Positions 1-13,876 are shown, numbered from the whole stretch's first letter. The stretch: DNA of 62,990 nt, filler included, from Rhabdomonas costata (GCA_019059605.1; 41 parts of 41 records of this genome joined end to end with filler, not necessarily neighbours in it), one strand, 5' to 3'. The notes: generated from the sequence alone by a model not told the origin. A program made the numbers and translations.

Positions 1-1440
1 GTTTTGTGGTTTCATGGTGGAGCAGCCATTCCTGTGGCCGGTTACCAAGCCGGTTTGTGACATTCGCCGCAACAAGGCTCTTCGGCGTGGCCGCTTGATT
101 TTTGCCCGTTTGTATGTTTTTTGTGGCGTTTTGGTTTGGAGATCTTTGAGCCTTTTGTCGTCGCCAGTTTCTAGGGATTGGACGAGTGTTTGTTTGGGTC
201 TGATCTTTTTTTTTCCAAAACCAGCGGCTGGGCGTTTTAAAAATTTTGGGGCAAGGGCTTGCACAGAAAAATGAAGCACCGTAACACTTCTCAGATACTC
301 ACTGTTTCCATGTATTAACCGCTGTTTACTTTTGGCATGTTTGTACGTCGCGCGTTCTTCAAAGCACTATTTGCAATACGTAGGCTTTTAGAATCCTCTC
401 ACGATCATTCTGCACACCACGGTTTGTACCAACGCACTAATCTATAAGCTATGTTCCTCCGTCTTTTGAAGCCATTTTGGCATTTACGTGCAACGTGCAA
501 TGCTTTCGTTTTATTTAAAATACAAAACTGCAACAAGCTGTGGGCTGTCCATATGGCTATTAGGAGGTGATCGGGATCAGGATGATATTTTTCTTTATAT
601 TCTCTAAACTATTCTACTTAACTGGAACAAAAATAAAAACAGCGTTATCACTGATAAATGTGACGCAAATTGTTATTGTAATTTGCGACGATTTGTGGTC
701 ACGCACCTACATAAGCTTAACTTTGTTTATGGCCGCTATTTTAAACTTAACGGATTTAAATTAGCGCATATTTATAGGCTATTCACCATGATTATACAAC
801 CTCATGGTGTACAGTTACCACCATCAATCTCTTTTAGGTCATTTCGTATTCAAATTCATCTCACCAGCAGATGTTTTTACAGCGCAGTGTATATTTGATC
901 AGTTGGCATTTTGGTCACATGCAGATGCGCTAATGAAGCTAACGTAGAAAGAAACGCTTCCAGCTACTGTAAGCATTTTTCATACAGTACGCATTCACCA
1001 ATGAATGCGTACTGTATGACAAAACCTTTGCGTATCAATGAATCTAATGAAACATTTTATCTGGATGTTACAGAGTGACAAGGAATTTGAACCTTTGAAG
1101 TGTACATCTAGAAATTCAAGCCCACGTTCGTCCATCAAACTTATTGGCTTATAATAGCATAAGAGCATTATATTCGACTTGCATGAGTACACTTCCACAG
1201 CGAAGACACCATTGGCTAATGGAAGGGAACCAATCCTTTTTTACACGGTGAGACACTCTCAGTTAGATTTAATATCAATGTCCTCCAATGCGAGGAACAT
1301 ATAAATAGCAAGGGATGATAGAAGGGGTTACTATGGGGGTGATATTGGGTGTGGAGAGTTCAATCACTATATGGCGATGTTTGTGTTAAGCTGAGTTACT
1401 CTTGTTGAAGTGTGGGTTTACGTATAGATTCCTCACACCC

Positions 1441-1540
1441 NNNNNNNNNNNNNNNNNNNNNNNNNNNNNNNNNNNNNNNNNNNNTTAATTAATTAANNNN
1501 NNNNNNNNNNNNNNNNNNNNNNNNNNNNNNNNNNNNNNNN
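1441..1540. other. Artificial contig linker N44-TTAATTAATTAA-N44 (first of 40 copies, ~1540-nt spacing, last at 61453-61552)
   Basis: An identical 100-nt spacer whose palindromic core gives stop codons in all six frames recurs through the window between ~1.44-kb blocks. Confidence 0.99.
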
Positions 1541-1813
1541 GGGGGTTTGGGAATAATCGCCATTTTTTTTTGCCATCGAGGGGATCCTTTTAAAGTTGAG
1601 TTTTGTCAGAAACATTTGGGTGTTTCTTTGGAAATCATGTCCGCTGGGTTGGAGCATCTCAGCGCTGCTTAGGATGAACTCCCAACCTTGTTGGTGTGGC
1701 TAGAATGGAATCGGCGTGTGTTTCTGAATTCGATGGAGGTGCCACGATTTATATCACTGTTTTGTGCTTTTCACAAGCCAGTCAACCTGCTTGTACCTGC
1801 CCTCGCACGATAG

Positions 1814-2858
1814 GATGAGATTGAGGACGAGACGGATGTCGATGCCCGCCGAGGCAGGGCCGTGAACAATGCGCGACGGCGGATCCGCCTGCCCCCGAAC
1901 CAGGCCTCCGCCTGCGCGTCGTACCTCAGCACATGTGTTGAAGGCTTTGGGGAGGTGACGTGCTTCGTAATTTCTTTACAACGGGGGAATGGAAAGAAGG
2001 GGGCATGGCGATGATGGCGGCGGCCACTGCGCTTAACATTGTTTGCTCTTTCGGGAGCCCTGCAAGTGCCGCTGGGCTATTGTCATGTTTTGTGTCGTTC
2101 GAGTCGGTCTGTTTGAGGAGCGTTTGATGGGTGTGGTTCCACAGATTTCTAAAAATCGGCGCGAATGGTGTGAACATTGCGCACACTCTGATCTCTGCAC
2201 AAAGCGTCGAGAGAAACATCTTCGCTGTATTAAGAGTGTTGAGGGTATATCGAGGCCGTGCAAACAAGTTGGTTAGCGGGATATTTTCACCTTTTTCACC
2301 TTTCCCTCTCCTCCCAGGGGTTTCTGGACCTCAAGGGGGTCTGCAGTGTGGTGGCTGAGGCGGACATTCTGGACATCAAGGTTTGCTTATTTTTGGGGGA
2401 ATTACTCTCCACGCACACGCTTGGCGCTCAAGGCATGGTTTTGACAGAGGTATTTTCTGCCTCCAGCGGGCTTTCGAATACTTTCCTGCTGCCTGGCCGC
2501 TTCTCGGGGTACGGATCACCCCTGTGCTGCTGGGCGGAGGTTCTTGGGAAACTTAATGGCGCATTGACTCGCGGTTGTAGGGAGCTCCAGCCCTCTGTCC
2601 TGCCAAGTGTGCGGAGAGCTCAATGGCCTCTTTTCAACTGTTATTCACACACCCTTCCCTCCACCTGTTGCCTGTGTTCGCAGACTTAAGCAGGCGCGTT
2701 CGGTCATCAATTATTGACTGCCACCCCTCTGTTCCCCGTGCCATGCTCTGCCGCCCGGCTCGCAGGTCAGTGGGGACTCTACCCAGAGGCAGCGCTTGGT
2801 GCGTCTTTATGAGAAGGGCCAGCTCAACCACCACTTCACCCTGATCCTCTCCGGCAAG
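1814..2858 (+). CDS. CNNM: CNNM/DUF21-CBS metal transporter, region after the CBS pair into the cNMP-binding-like domain (partial, 3 exons)
   Basis: Exons 1814-1954, 2318-2380 and 2766-2858 joined by phase-0 GT-AG introns give DEIEDETD...QASACASYLSTCVEGFGE/GFLDLKGVCSVVAEADILDIK/...LYEKGQLNHHFTLILSGK. This matches the CNNM 'EI.DETD' and 'LY......F.LIL.GK' motifs. Confidence 0.8.
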
Positions 2859-3334
2859 GTCTGAGTCACGTGGAGAAATACACGGGGGCTCGTCCCTGTG
2901 ACGTGTCACCCATCCGACCATCGTTTCCCTTTTTATCCCGCTTTTGGCTTCCCTCGGTGGTCGCGTACCCCCCCCCACCNNNNNNNNNNNNNNNNNNNNN
3001 NNNNNNNNNNNNNNNNNNNNNNNTTAATTAATTAANNNNNNNNNNNNNNNNNNNNNNNNNNNNNNNNNNNNNNNNNNNNGGGTGTTGGGCTGGCGTCCAG
3101 CAAGCATGTGCCGTGCCCTAGGGGCTCCACGTCGCGCTGAACATCGCAGTCACCCTGCACAGTACAGTGGAATAAAGGTGAGCCCTTTGCGAATATTGTG
3201 CGTGCCCGAAATCCTCCACTGTATGAAGGCAAGAAGGAGCGCAAATAGAACCAGGAAGCCAGGGGCATGGAGATATTTTGAGATACCGAAAGCCTAATAA
3301 CTTCCTGCTGTTTTACTCTGACACTGAAGGCTAT

Positions 3335-3393
3335 TACCGGGTGTTCCAAATGATATCGAATCATACGTGTACTATCATTTGGAACACCCGGTA
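3335..3393. mobile_element. 55-bp miniature inverted-repeat element with TA flanks (Tc1/mariner-like)
   Basis: TA-CCGGGTGTTCCAAATGATA-(17 nt)-TATCATTTGGAACACCCGG-TA: perfect 19-bp arms, internal to the contig. Confidence 0.6.
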
Positions 3394-6160
3394 CTTGTGT
3401 ATTTGGGTTTGGGAGACATTAACGCCATAACAGTGGTCGTGGCAAGGATGAGCAGCACATTGCCACGGGCCCTGCTGTTGTTCGGAGCCTGTTCAAGTGA
3501 CTTGCTCCTGCATGGCAACAGAGCCCACTAATAAGGCGACGAAAACCGATCTCACAACGAAAAATTTGCAAACCAAAAAGCGCAACAGTCTTTGGTGACC
3601 GGAAAATACATCTCTTTTCTGTCGGTTGGAAGGAGACGAATCGAAACAAAAAAATTTCGGTGGTGAACCACTGTCACCGTAGTACACACCGCTCCGGGCT
3701 CAGCTGAGCGGCTAGTGTGGAGATCTCCTTCTGCAGCAGAAGCTGGGTCAGGCGGTCCGCGTCGTCTGAACAGCGATCGTTCCAATGCACAAAGACAAAG
3801 AATTGCATCCACGACAAGGTGCACGGCGCCTGCCAAAACAAGGAGATCGCCGGTTCGTCTCTTCCTTCCAACGAACGAAGGCAGCTATTACACTGGTAGA
3901 CTGGAATGGCGCCAGGGGTGCCGAAACACCTTTGTTCAGCAGGTCCGTAGTTGGGTTTGGGATGGGAACACACACAGGGGTGTGGTTATTGCTACCCGGA
4001 AAGTAGGTCACATAAAGGCACACCTAGGACGAAGAAGCTGACCTGCAGAGGCAAAAGTGACAAAAAGGCGAAACCCACGAACACTCAGCGCTCAAGGCAG
4101 GGTTAACGATGGCTTCAATCCTTTGGAAACGTGTTATTGCAACACATGGGAAAAACACCTTTCAGAATGTGGGTGAAGGGTTGCAAAAACAATTTCGGTG
4201 TACGTGGTGCCACTTCTCCTTTGATGTCTTTAAGTTTGATGAGGTGCAGGTGGCCACGACTGTGATTTTTCGACCTTCGCACGTTCTCAATTCCCTAACT
4301 ACTAACTCATTAACAAGATCGCCGATTCACATGACGTCTCCCAATGCCAACTAAAACAACGGCAGCTCCAATCATGCCTAATTTCTGGAACTTGAGACGC
4401 CCATTTGAGTGGACGCAAGGGGACACGTCCACATGGATCACGGGGCACGGAAAGAAGTCCGAAGATTCACAGGGACCGAAAAACGCATGTCAGAGTAGTG
4501 ACACCACAAACGTTGAATANNNNNNNNNNNNNNNNNNNNNNNNNNNNNNNNNNNNNNNNNNNNTTAATTAATTAANNNNNNNNNNNNNNNNNNNNNNNNN
4601 NNNNNNNNNNNNNNNNNNNGGCATTGTTTGGGCATCGTGACCAATCGGTTATTGGTAGGAAGAAAACGCAATACAGTGCATAAGTAGGGCTGGTTGTTTC
4701 CGTTTATATCAATGTAATGTTCGCCTTACCCTCGTATTGCGTATTTGGGTCTTACTTCAGGCTCTTTTGAGGCCATTTTAGGCCAATTTAGGCTATTTTG
4801 TCTCTGATAACCCCCCCACCCAAAATGTCAATTTTTACCACTTTCAGTGTTGATTCGCGCAAAATCGCCATTTAAGTACATGCCTGTGTAACAACTGACT
4901 CTCCAAGCCGGAATACGAGGCGTTTTGCGATTACCACGGTGAGGCTATTCAACGTAGTGCGTATATTAACCCCTGATGTTTATGCGCTAGGAGTGACACC
5001 AAGACCATGTGTAGGGTATGTCAACGTAGACTACAAATGTGGACATGAACCCACACTGGATGTGGTAGGAGTTTTGTGTAGGTGACCCAAGGTCGACATG
5101 TGGATGGGCTGCAAATCCAACACAGATGAGACTACCTGTGGAAGTGACCATAGGGCAACCATGCAAAGTTGAGTCCGCAGCAGGCCTACCATCACCTCCA
5201 ACACTCTACTTGTACCCACAGAAGCCAAGATGAAACCTTAGCGCAATGAGTTACTCACACCACAATGACGTGATGGATAATTAGTGGTAACAGATAGCAG
5301 ATTTTACACACAGGCATTGCTGCTATTTCCTACCGCTATTTCTACACATGATGTTGATGAGTGAGAGGTTATCGGGATGGAGGAACTCATGGTCAACGCG
5401 AGCTTGTAGCGAGTGGTGACAGAAGGAGCGAAGGTAGCATGCCTGAGCGACTTAAGAGTAGTATGGAGCGTAGCGACCAACAAGGTATCATTCTCTCTTC
5501 GTTCAATTAGATTCTCTTTGTTCTCCCAGACCTTGGAGTATCCATATCGAATACCGTCACATTGGGTTCACGGGGCGATGGGCACCGGAGCATGGGGAGG
5601 TGTAACGTAGCGAAGTAGCATCACCCATCAGGCATTGAACCACTCAGGGTTAGCATTGGGGTATCTCAGCGTAAGAGTGGACGTATCAATGGTGGCCGAG
5701 GCATGCCGAGGTCATTCATCGCTGAGTACAATGTAGAAATGATGGTGGTTAGACGTGACACCGCCACCGCCACTCATTCGCTCTCACTATCAGCTTGGCA
5801 ACACCCACATCGTGGTCACTATGACTTCAGTAGCTGCCATGTCAACATCAACGTAGTGTACTAGTATCATGCCGTCAGGTGTGGTGGATATGGGTCACTA
5901 ATCATACCGGCAGGGATCATCTTTGGCTCAATATTGCTATAGTAGTGGGTTCATATCACTATGCGTAGCCTGGTCATGGAATCATCATAATGGTAGATGG
6001 AGCTCTACTTCCACCTACGCCATCCCCTTGTGCTCTACCACCAGTTGACAGCACTGAGCNNNNNNNNNNNNNNNNNNNNNNNNNNNNNNNNNNNNNNNNN
6101 NNNTTAATTAATTAANNNNNNNNNNNNNNNNNNNNNNNNNNNNNNNNNNNNNNNNNNNNG

Positions 6161-6658
6161 TCCCCCAGGATTAGCCCGGCCTTGCCCCAAGATGAAGCTG
6201 GTTTAAAGGAGCCTCTGTCGCATACCTTTGAGATTTGCAGCGCAGATATTTTTTGGGAGCGAGGAGCGGGGAAGCTGAGTAATGCAGAGCTAAAGCGTGA
6301 ACTTGAAGGCGGTACCTTGAACGATGTGTATGCGAAGTGCTTCGACCCTGACCGGTTGGTTGAGGCTCACGAATATTGTCGCCAGTCCTTCTTTGAGGCT
6401 GTGCAAAGGAGGTGCCCGTTTATTGTGGTTGACAACACGAATTCCTTACGGCGCCACTACGAGTTGTACGTGCGTTCCGCTGCAGAGGCGGGCTACGACA
6501 CCTTGATATGGAAGGTCTGGATAACGGACCAGTCCGAAGTAAAAGCGTTTTGGAAGCGAAACCAGCACGGGGCACCCGAAAAGGTGGCATTGCAGATGTG
6601 GAACTCTTGGGAGGCTGATGACCGTGCACTGAAGTTACTCCCGTTCAAAGCAGTCTGA
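6161..6658 (+). CDS. N4BP2-like / AAA_33 P-loop kinase domain, C-terminal part
   Basis: Open frame with ICSAD.F...FD.DRL.EAH.YC...IVVDNTN...YV..A..AGY...RNQHG.P motifs. TGA at 6656-6658. The Walker A lies off-contig. Confidence 0.8.
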   Translation, partial: SPRISPALPQDEAGLKEPLSHTFEICSADIFWERGAGKLSNAELKRELEGGTLNDVYAKCFDPDRLVEAHEYCRQSFFEAVQRRCPFIVVDNTNSLRRHYELYVRSAAEAGYDTLIWKVWITDQSEVKAFWKRNQHGAPEKVALQMWNSWEADDRALKLLPFKAV

Positions 6659-8261
6659 ACTTTTCTTGCAGGGTTCTCTTCTCCTGAACCTTCAACTGCC
6701 AATTCGTGCTGTTGTGTATTCTATTTTCGCTTTGGACGGGAAACCAGTGAGGAAACCATCTGTGATTCAGGACTTTCTGGACTTTTTCATGGCCAAGGTT
6801 GCGCTGACGCACCGACCCGTCCATTGGTATGATAATATAGCCTTTTCACATCAAAACTTAGAGGCGGAAAAACCTTTTCAAAAAGGAGACCTTGTGGAAT
6901 TAGAGGTTGGAGTGGGGAAATTTTTTCTTTTCACCAGATTGTCTGTATGAAATGTGCCTGTGTGGGTGTTTTCTGATGAATTTGGGTTGGTAAATTAGGT
7001 GCATTTTTATGCCAGAAAAACACGTGCTTCCGAGAAATTCCCATATTTGCTAACAGTGGTTACCGTAATGCAATGGAGACTGTTCATTTTTATGCTCACC
7101 TTTCGTTATTGGACGTTTGCGCGGGAAACTCTCCCTTTTTTGAAATGAGAAATGAGACGCGCCATTGAATATTTTTCAATGGGTAACCCCGGTTAACTGC
7201 TCCCGGCGATTATCTGCACCCAGTAGAAGAAAAGAACAACATTGTTACAGAACCACCTATAGAGCGTCACATAGGCTTTTCCGAACAGTACCGGGGAAAC
7301 GAGCCAGAAGAAAATGCGAAATAAGCACAAAGGGGATTCTTCTCCAAGAGTCCGAGCGCTCCAAATTGCGCCTTTTGCTGAAGAGGGGTATGACTCCCCA
7401 GCGTCTCCTTGAGAACTTGCTCCATTAAATGCCCCGACTAACAAAAAAAAAGCGCCATGAACACCTCGTAGTGCGTACGCGTCCCATGCCGGAAGGGGTC
7501 AGGGGTCACGACGATCACCTGAACAACGGAAACCTTTGTATCACCCGCTCACCCGTTTAAAGTGCGGGAGTGCCCGGCCCTCCCGAACCCCACCACCCNN
7601 NNNNNNNNNNNNNNNNNNNNNNNNNNNNNNNNNNNNNNNNNNTTAATTAATTAANNNNNNNNNNNNNNNNNNNNNNNNNNNNNNNNNNNNNNNNNNNNGT
7701 TGTGGTTGGCGTTGACGTACAGTGGATTACTGTACAGAGTGGGGGCGAGCTGTCTGGTAAAGAGATTGACATTGTACCAGCCGAAAGACATTTGCTGCTT
7801 CACACAGAACCTGAAAAGGCAACGCAAGAATGAGGAGTGCACCGGCAATGGGTTTCTGTCTAACTACCATCAGAGGAACGTTCGGCATTTGTGGTTTTGG
7901 GGGGCCCCCCTACCCAGGGGACCCACCAACAAAAACGGTCGAGTGTTCTATCTGTCGCCAACCGAAAAACGGTTCGTTTTGTTTTGTTAAACTTTTTTTC
8001 GAACAAAAAAGTCAGAAGGCGAGACTGCGAGAAGGCAGAAACGGAACTCTTGAACTCGTTTGGGGAATCGAAAAGAACGGCAGCGTAGCCAAGTGGGGCT
8101 CATCATCAAATTATTTTTTAGCGCTCATACGCTAAGCCTTGCCTTAAGCTCGCGGATGGAAGACAAGGCAGAGAGAGGAAGCCGGAGCAAAACGGGAACG
8201 CAGACCCGTCTCGTATGTCCGAGAGCACAGAGATGTTCAGGGCGAACATCCAGGGGCTGAC

Positions 8262-8465
8262 CTTCACCATGCTGAACACCAGGTCCTGAAACTGCTTCAC
8301 CGCCCACGAGGACTCCCCCGCAGACGTCCCATTCCCCGAAAGCACCCCCGTGGCGTGCAGGTAGCTTATCACCAGGTCCACGGAGCTCTCCCCACGGTCC
8401 ACGAAGGTCTGCAGGGACGACTGCACACTGGTTATTAACGCTCCCTCAAGCTGGTCCGAGACTCC
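8262..8465 (-). CDS. Probable internal exon of an unknown protein, possibly a receptor ectodomain
   Basis: cag|GGA...AAG|gtcagc, 204 nt, phase 0, high GC3: GVSDQLEGALITSVQSSLQTFVDRGESSVDLVISYLHATG...DLVFSMVK. Confidence 0.45.
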
Positions 8466-11400
8466 CTGGAACAAAACATGAAGGTGGGCTTCGAAGGTGT
8501 GCAGCGTAATGAATTCGACAACAGCCAGTTTGAATGAAGGGAAGGTGGAAAATAAGGGAAGGTCGGCCAAAGTGAGTGAATGAAAGCAACCAGGGAGGAG
8601 TCTGCTCTCGCAAGCCAATTTGCCTTCTTTTTTTTTGGCCAAAAGTTGGAGAAAACTGCCCCGGGCCGGGAAGAATAACTTGTCTGTGGTGATGCCAGGT
8701 AAAGTGTCAGGGGGACTAACAAGAAGTCCTGCCGTTGCTAAGTACCTGGAAGCTTTCTCGTGCCGTGCCGGTTGCTGCAGAAATGAGGGGTAATGCTGCT
8801 GTACTGCTGGACCACTAAAGAAGGAATGAAAAGAAAGTTGTTTATACGAATTGTATGTACCTGCGGCCACCGTCCCGTGTCCCGTGTTTCAAGACAATAG
8901 CACTCAAATCTTGCACAATGAGAAAGAGAGGGCGATGACGGGGAGGAGCTGAAAAAAGTGGACCGAAAAGACGAGGGAGAAAAATCAGGGGAATTTCGCT
9001 CGGGGTGAGTGCAAACACACCTCCACCGATTCCATCGCTAGGCTTTGCATCCCGTTGACGGCTTTTTGCCCCGACCTCCAGGAAATGAACCACAGGGTCA
9101 CAGCAGGCGCAATGGTAAAAAGGCACAAAACAACAAANNNNNNNNNNNNNNNNNNNNNNNNNNNNNNNNNNNNNNNNNNNNTTAATTAATTAANNNNNNN
9201 NNNNNNNNNNNNNNNNNNNNNNNNNNNNNNNNNNNNNGGGGGTTGGGGCCAGTATCTGCTCACAGAAACACAGAAACGCCGTTGTGGTTGCTAAACGTTG
9301 GGAAATAGCTCGCGCAGGTTCCCCCTCTTCGGAAGTTTTCTGGCAATCGCCCTCCAGCACAACACACGGAAAGAAAAGGCGCTCAGCGCAACCGGGAAGT
9401 ACACAGCTCACAACCTTGTAACGGGGAAAGATACAAAGGCGGTTGGAGTCCAACGGAAGGACAAGCCAAACCAGGGGGCGAGTCTGCTCGCACCCTGATG
9501 CACATGCGAATACTGAAAGAAATTGAACAGAGAGCAGGGGAATACAGAGAATAGGGCTACTGAGTATCAAGCATATCCTGATATGAACATCCATTGCTGT
9601 GGATATTGCGAATGCGGAACGGGGCCGGAAGCCATTCGCTCGGGGGAAATCCGAGGGCCACCGGAAGCAAACGGACCATTCCAAAACTGGAAGAGAACCA
9701 GATTCCAGAAAAGTACCGATAATCCGTGTTTCATACAACACACAGACACAAGAAAAGGCACCACCACCATACAGTACAGCACAAACTCTCCCTGCAGGTC
9801 CCTTCAACACAATCTGTAATCATTGGTAATATTAATTGAATTCACCGCCCGCCATGCAGCCCACGAAATAGTTCCTCCGAGTAAAAAAAGCGGAGTGGAA
9901 ACCTCTGTGTGACTGCACGCGGGGGAACACAGAGAAAATGGAAAAAGAGAGTCGGATTTCACAGCAGAACAAAATCGCATAAAAATGTAACACAATGCAC
10001 GCCCAGCGCTGCTCTTTCCAATGCATCGCTGACGAAGGAGTATCATCTGGAAAAAACGAATAAACGCAGCAAGCAGGAGTTGGAACACACACTTACTCCA
10101 CATTTTCACGCTGGGCATTGAAACGGAGCAAACTTATCCTTGGAGCGGAGCCGCAATACCTAACCCTAGGTTTTAGATCTAGCTAATATCTATATAGCAC
10201 GTTACACCCTAAACTCAGAACACGTGCTTTTTAGCCTCAGCAGCATGAAAACGTTTAAAACATATCGTGTGCATCCATACCAGCCTAGCGGCATTTTATA
10301 GCGTTCCCAGGATTTGGAAACGCGTAACATACTAAATTCTGAGTTTCGGGATGTAACTTACCTTAGTTTATTTTTGGGTGGTGCAACTCCGCGGTGTTGG
10401 GGGTCTTGCAACGAGGTGATATGCGAGGTGATATATTAAAAGACAAAAACGGCAGAAAATGGAAATGCATCAGACACCGCATCAGAGACCCACCGTTCAC
10501 CGATCCTGGAAATCAGTCATGACAGTATCGTCAATATTCCTCCAGTGGCCACCTCTCATTGAGAGCGCCGGCGGTTCTTTGCATCACAACCGATCTTGGT
10601 ACATGACTGCGACGGAGGCGGGGGAGGTACGATATCATGATCGCGGAAAAGCATTCCCGGGCTGGGGACAACCCACCNNNNNNNNNNNNNNNNNNNNNNN
10701 NNNNNNNNNNNNNNNNNNNNNTTAATTAATTAANNNNNNNNNNNNNNNNNNNNNNNNNNNNNNNNNNNNNNNNNNNNGTTGGTGGTGGTGGTGGTGGTGC
10801 AGCCAACTTGCAGTCCGTGCAATCCCAGCGAGCAGGCGGTGTGACAGAGAAAGCCAAGGAAGCCACATCGAGAAAAAACCGCTCCCATGGCACCCAAGAA
10901 GAAGAGCAAAGTGGTGAGTCCTGGTGAGAATTGGAACACGCGAAAGTGTTTGCATGGAGCGACAAAAAAGGAGGCTAGGGAGTGACAAGGTGAGACCGCG
11001 GTGCCGACGCTGCGATGGGCAGAGGTGCCGGGGATGCGGCGAGCCAGAACAAACGGCGGGAGAGTGGGCTTTTCTTCAGATTCGCTCAACACGGTAAAAA
11101 CATGTCTATGCTGGCGAGTAGACAGGGTTTCACGGGACACGGGCAGAGCGCGGTGCTCGTGTGTACCCTTCGGACCCTTGGCCAGAGCGTTTTTGTTGCC
11201 GGAAAGATGTGGCAGGGCGACAAAAGGCGGCATGCAAGCACAAAGATAGACAAAAGCATTCCCCAGCTGCCCAAGGCGAAAAAAAAATGAAAAGCAAGGG
11301 TGAAGGGCTGCTGTGCATCCGGGAGAAAAAGGGAAAGAGAGAGAGCATGGCAGGCGGCAGCAAATGCAGGAGAAAGAGGAAGGGGGTGGAGGAAAACGGC

Positions 11401-13876
11401 GGCATCTGTGCATGCGTGAGTGTTGCGGAGTGGGCGCTGCTCAGGCACTGAGGAACTATTGAAATTATGGAATGGAGGATTCTGGGAGTACTGGCCCAGC
11501 AACAGCAGGGGAGTGCGGCCAAGAAGTGGCCCTGAGAGAGTCCTGCCCAGCCTCGTCCTGAGAAAAAGCACGACACCTAACACGGCACAGCGCTATCCAC
11601 CACTTCCTCGCCTTCTTCTCGGCCCAAATAGGTGTGGGATAGGGAAAAAGGTCCCGAACTGCCAGACTCGCAACCACGAGATCAACCCGGTGGACACGTG
11701 GATCACTTTGGGACGACACGCACTTTTAAGGGGAATCGATCACGCAGCCTCAATATCCCCATCGATTCTGAAGACAAGGTCATCGGGAAGAACATCGGCA
11801 ACAAAAAACTCGCTTTTCCGCCACCACGTTCCCTAATGAGGCTGTGCGCTAACGCAGGCGGGGAGGGATGTTCCCTGCGAGAACCAAGAAATCCCCCATA
11901 TCAATCCCTCCCCACAAACGTTCCGCACTTTTGGGAGAGAGGACTGGGACCAGGAGCATAGTGTGACCTCTTTGGAAAGCTCCTCGGGCCGCGGCGCCAC
12001 CTCCTGCTCCACCGTCTCTGCACGCTGGCTTTCAAACCGGCTAACACTGTAGCGCACGATGCCACACAAAAATACCCTTACCCAACAGCACTCATGGACC
12101 AATGAACAAACCCTAAAAAAAATGGACACTACTCGGATAGGCAAACGCCAACCGTTAAAACAGTCACACGTGCATAGTGCAGAATCCTTCACTGTGACAA
12201 ATCAAAAAAACAAAACCNNNNNNNNNNNNNNNNNNNNNNNNNNNNNNNNNNNNNNNNNNNNTTAATTAATTAANNNNNNNNNNNNNNNNNNNNNNNNNNN
12301 NNNNNNNNNNNNNNNNNGATGCATCGCTCTCAGCTGTGTGTGAAATATACACAGAAAGGGGTCCCTAACCGCTTACAAAAGAAAAAGAAAAAGAGAACAA
12401 ATCATGCAAAATCCGAACAGAGCAGAGGTCCTCGCTATAACAGAAAAAAGTAAGGGACAGCACACTGGGGCGCGCGTATCACACATAGCAGGGGGAACAC
12501 CCATTCCAAGGAGACCAGAACTCCATACGGTGAAGTTTCAAGTAACCAACAAAAAAAGCACAGTACTTGCATGCACAGAACTGAAGACCCACACTCAGTA
12601 CTCAGTCAGCCAAAAACCTGCACCGCATGTATGAGAAGAGTGGAGAGGGTAATTTCCGCTGGGTAGAGATGATGAGTCTGCGTGTGTGTGGCGAGAGCAT
12701 TTAGTCAAGAAGAAGAAGAGAAGAAGAATCTCATCTTGAGTTTACAGTTCACAGCCAATGAAAGGAAAACGAGCGGAAAGCGCACGAGCGCAAAGGGCAC
12801 GAGATGGGTGGGGGGGTACTTGTCAGGCAGCCCAGAGACTGCCAGGGAAGGGATGTCGACGGAAAGGTCACCCCCCACTGCGAGAGCGCAAATTGCCAGG
12901 GGGTCAACAAGACAAAAGACAAAGACAGTTGCTCAGTCCGCGCAATATTGCACCCTGACACTCGGGCTAACAAAAGCCGTCGTCAGGAAACGGCTAAGCG
13001 CAACACACCAAACCCCTAAACCCAGCAGAATTCAAACGCAACAGGGGGGGGGGGCAGTCTACGCCTTGTTAGCGAACTTAATCGGCAGGCACGTCCTGCT
13101 CTCGTCCCTATTGTTGCCTCGATAGGTACTCAGTGATCCCAGTGTATGCAAGTGGAATGGGGTGCATGGGTTGTAAGGTGGGGAATGTGCCTGGGCTAAG
13201 CAGTGGGCTGAGCTGGCGGTTGCTATTTACGGCATCGCGGTCGTGGGCGGCCATCGCGTTGACCTCGCCGTTCGCCAGATTGGCATGCAGCTGCAGCACT
13301 GTACGGAGAAGCCGCGTCACCTGTGTGACGTTTGGAAGTGGGGGCAGTGCATGTAAAAAAAAGCGGTGTAATCAGTTGCCGTGCTGTCCATGAAGACGAA
13401 AAAAAAAAGCCTCAATGTACACATGACTTAAGCATGGGCGAGGTAGTTGAAAGAGCCCTTGCTAGAAGTTGAAATGCCGTTGCACACAAGAGGGCCGAGG
13501 ACTTGCGAAGAAAGGCCGAGGACAAAGCCCCAGACTCCCTGGAATGGAAAATCTCAAAGAATCGAATCAAAACACTATTCTGCTTTTCTCCTATAAGTCT
13601 CCTGATCAATTACTAGAACGTCGGACAGAGAGAAACAAGGCATTTCTCAGTTACTCAGCGGCAGCCGAAGCAGTGTGGAAGGTCATACAAAGAACGCACA
13701 GATTGTCAGGGGATTGGGCAAGACTGCGAAATCACGAAAAATCAAAAAGTAAGTCAGNNNNNNNNNNNNNNNNNNNNNNNNNNNNNNNNNNNNNNNNNNN
13801 NTTAATTAATTAANNNNNNNNNNNNNNNNNNNNNNNNNNNNNNNNNNNNNNNNNNNNTTGAGCTTGTTTGTTTCAG

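Noticed and set aside
4620..6059. Possible decayed retroelement sequence (also 300-1440 and 39200-39600)
   Set aside because: No RT, endonuclease or integrase motif could be recognised in any frame.
8118..8870. 250-aa minus-strand ORF as a single CDS
   Set aside because: Only 8262-8465 looks exon-like. The rest reads through pyrimidine-rich intronic sequence.
10778..10799. (GGT)n run giving poly-His/Pro/Thr ORFs
   Set aside because: It lies at a contig start within the G/T-only primer zone and is likely partly artefactual.
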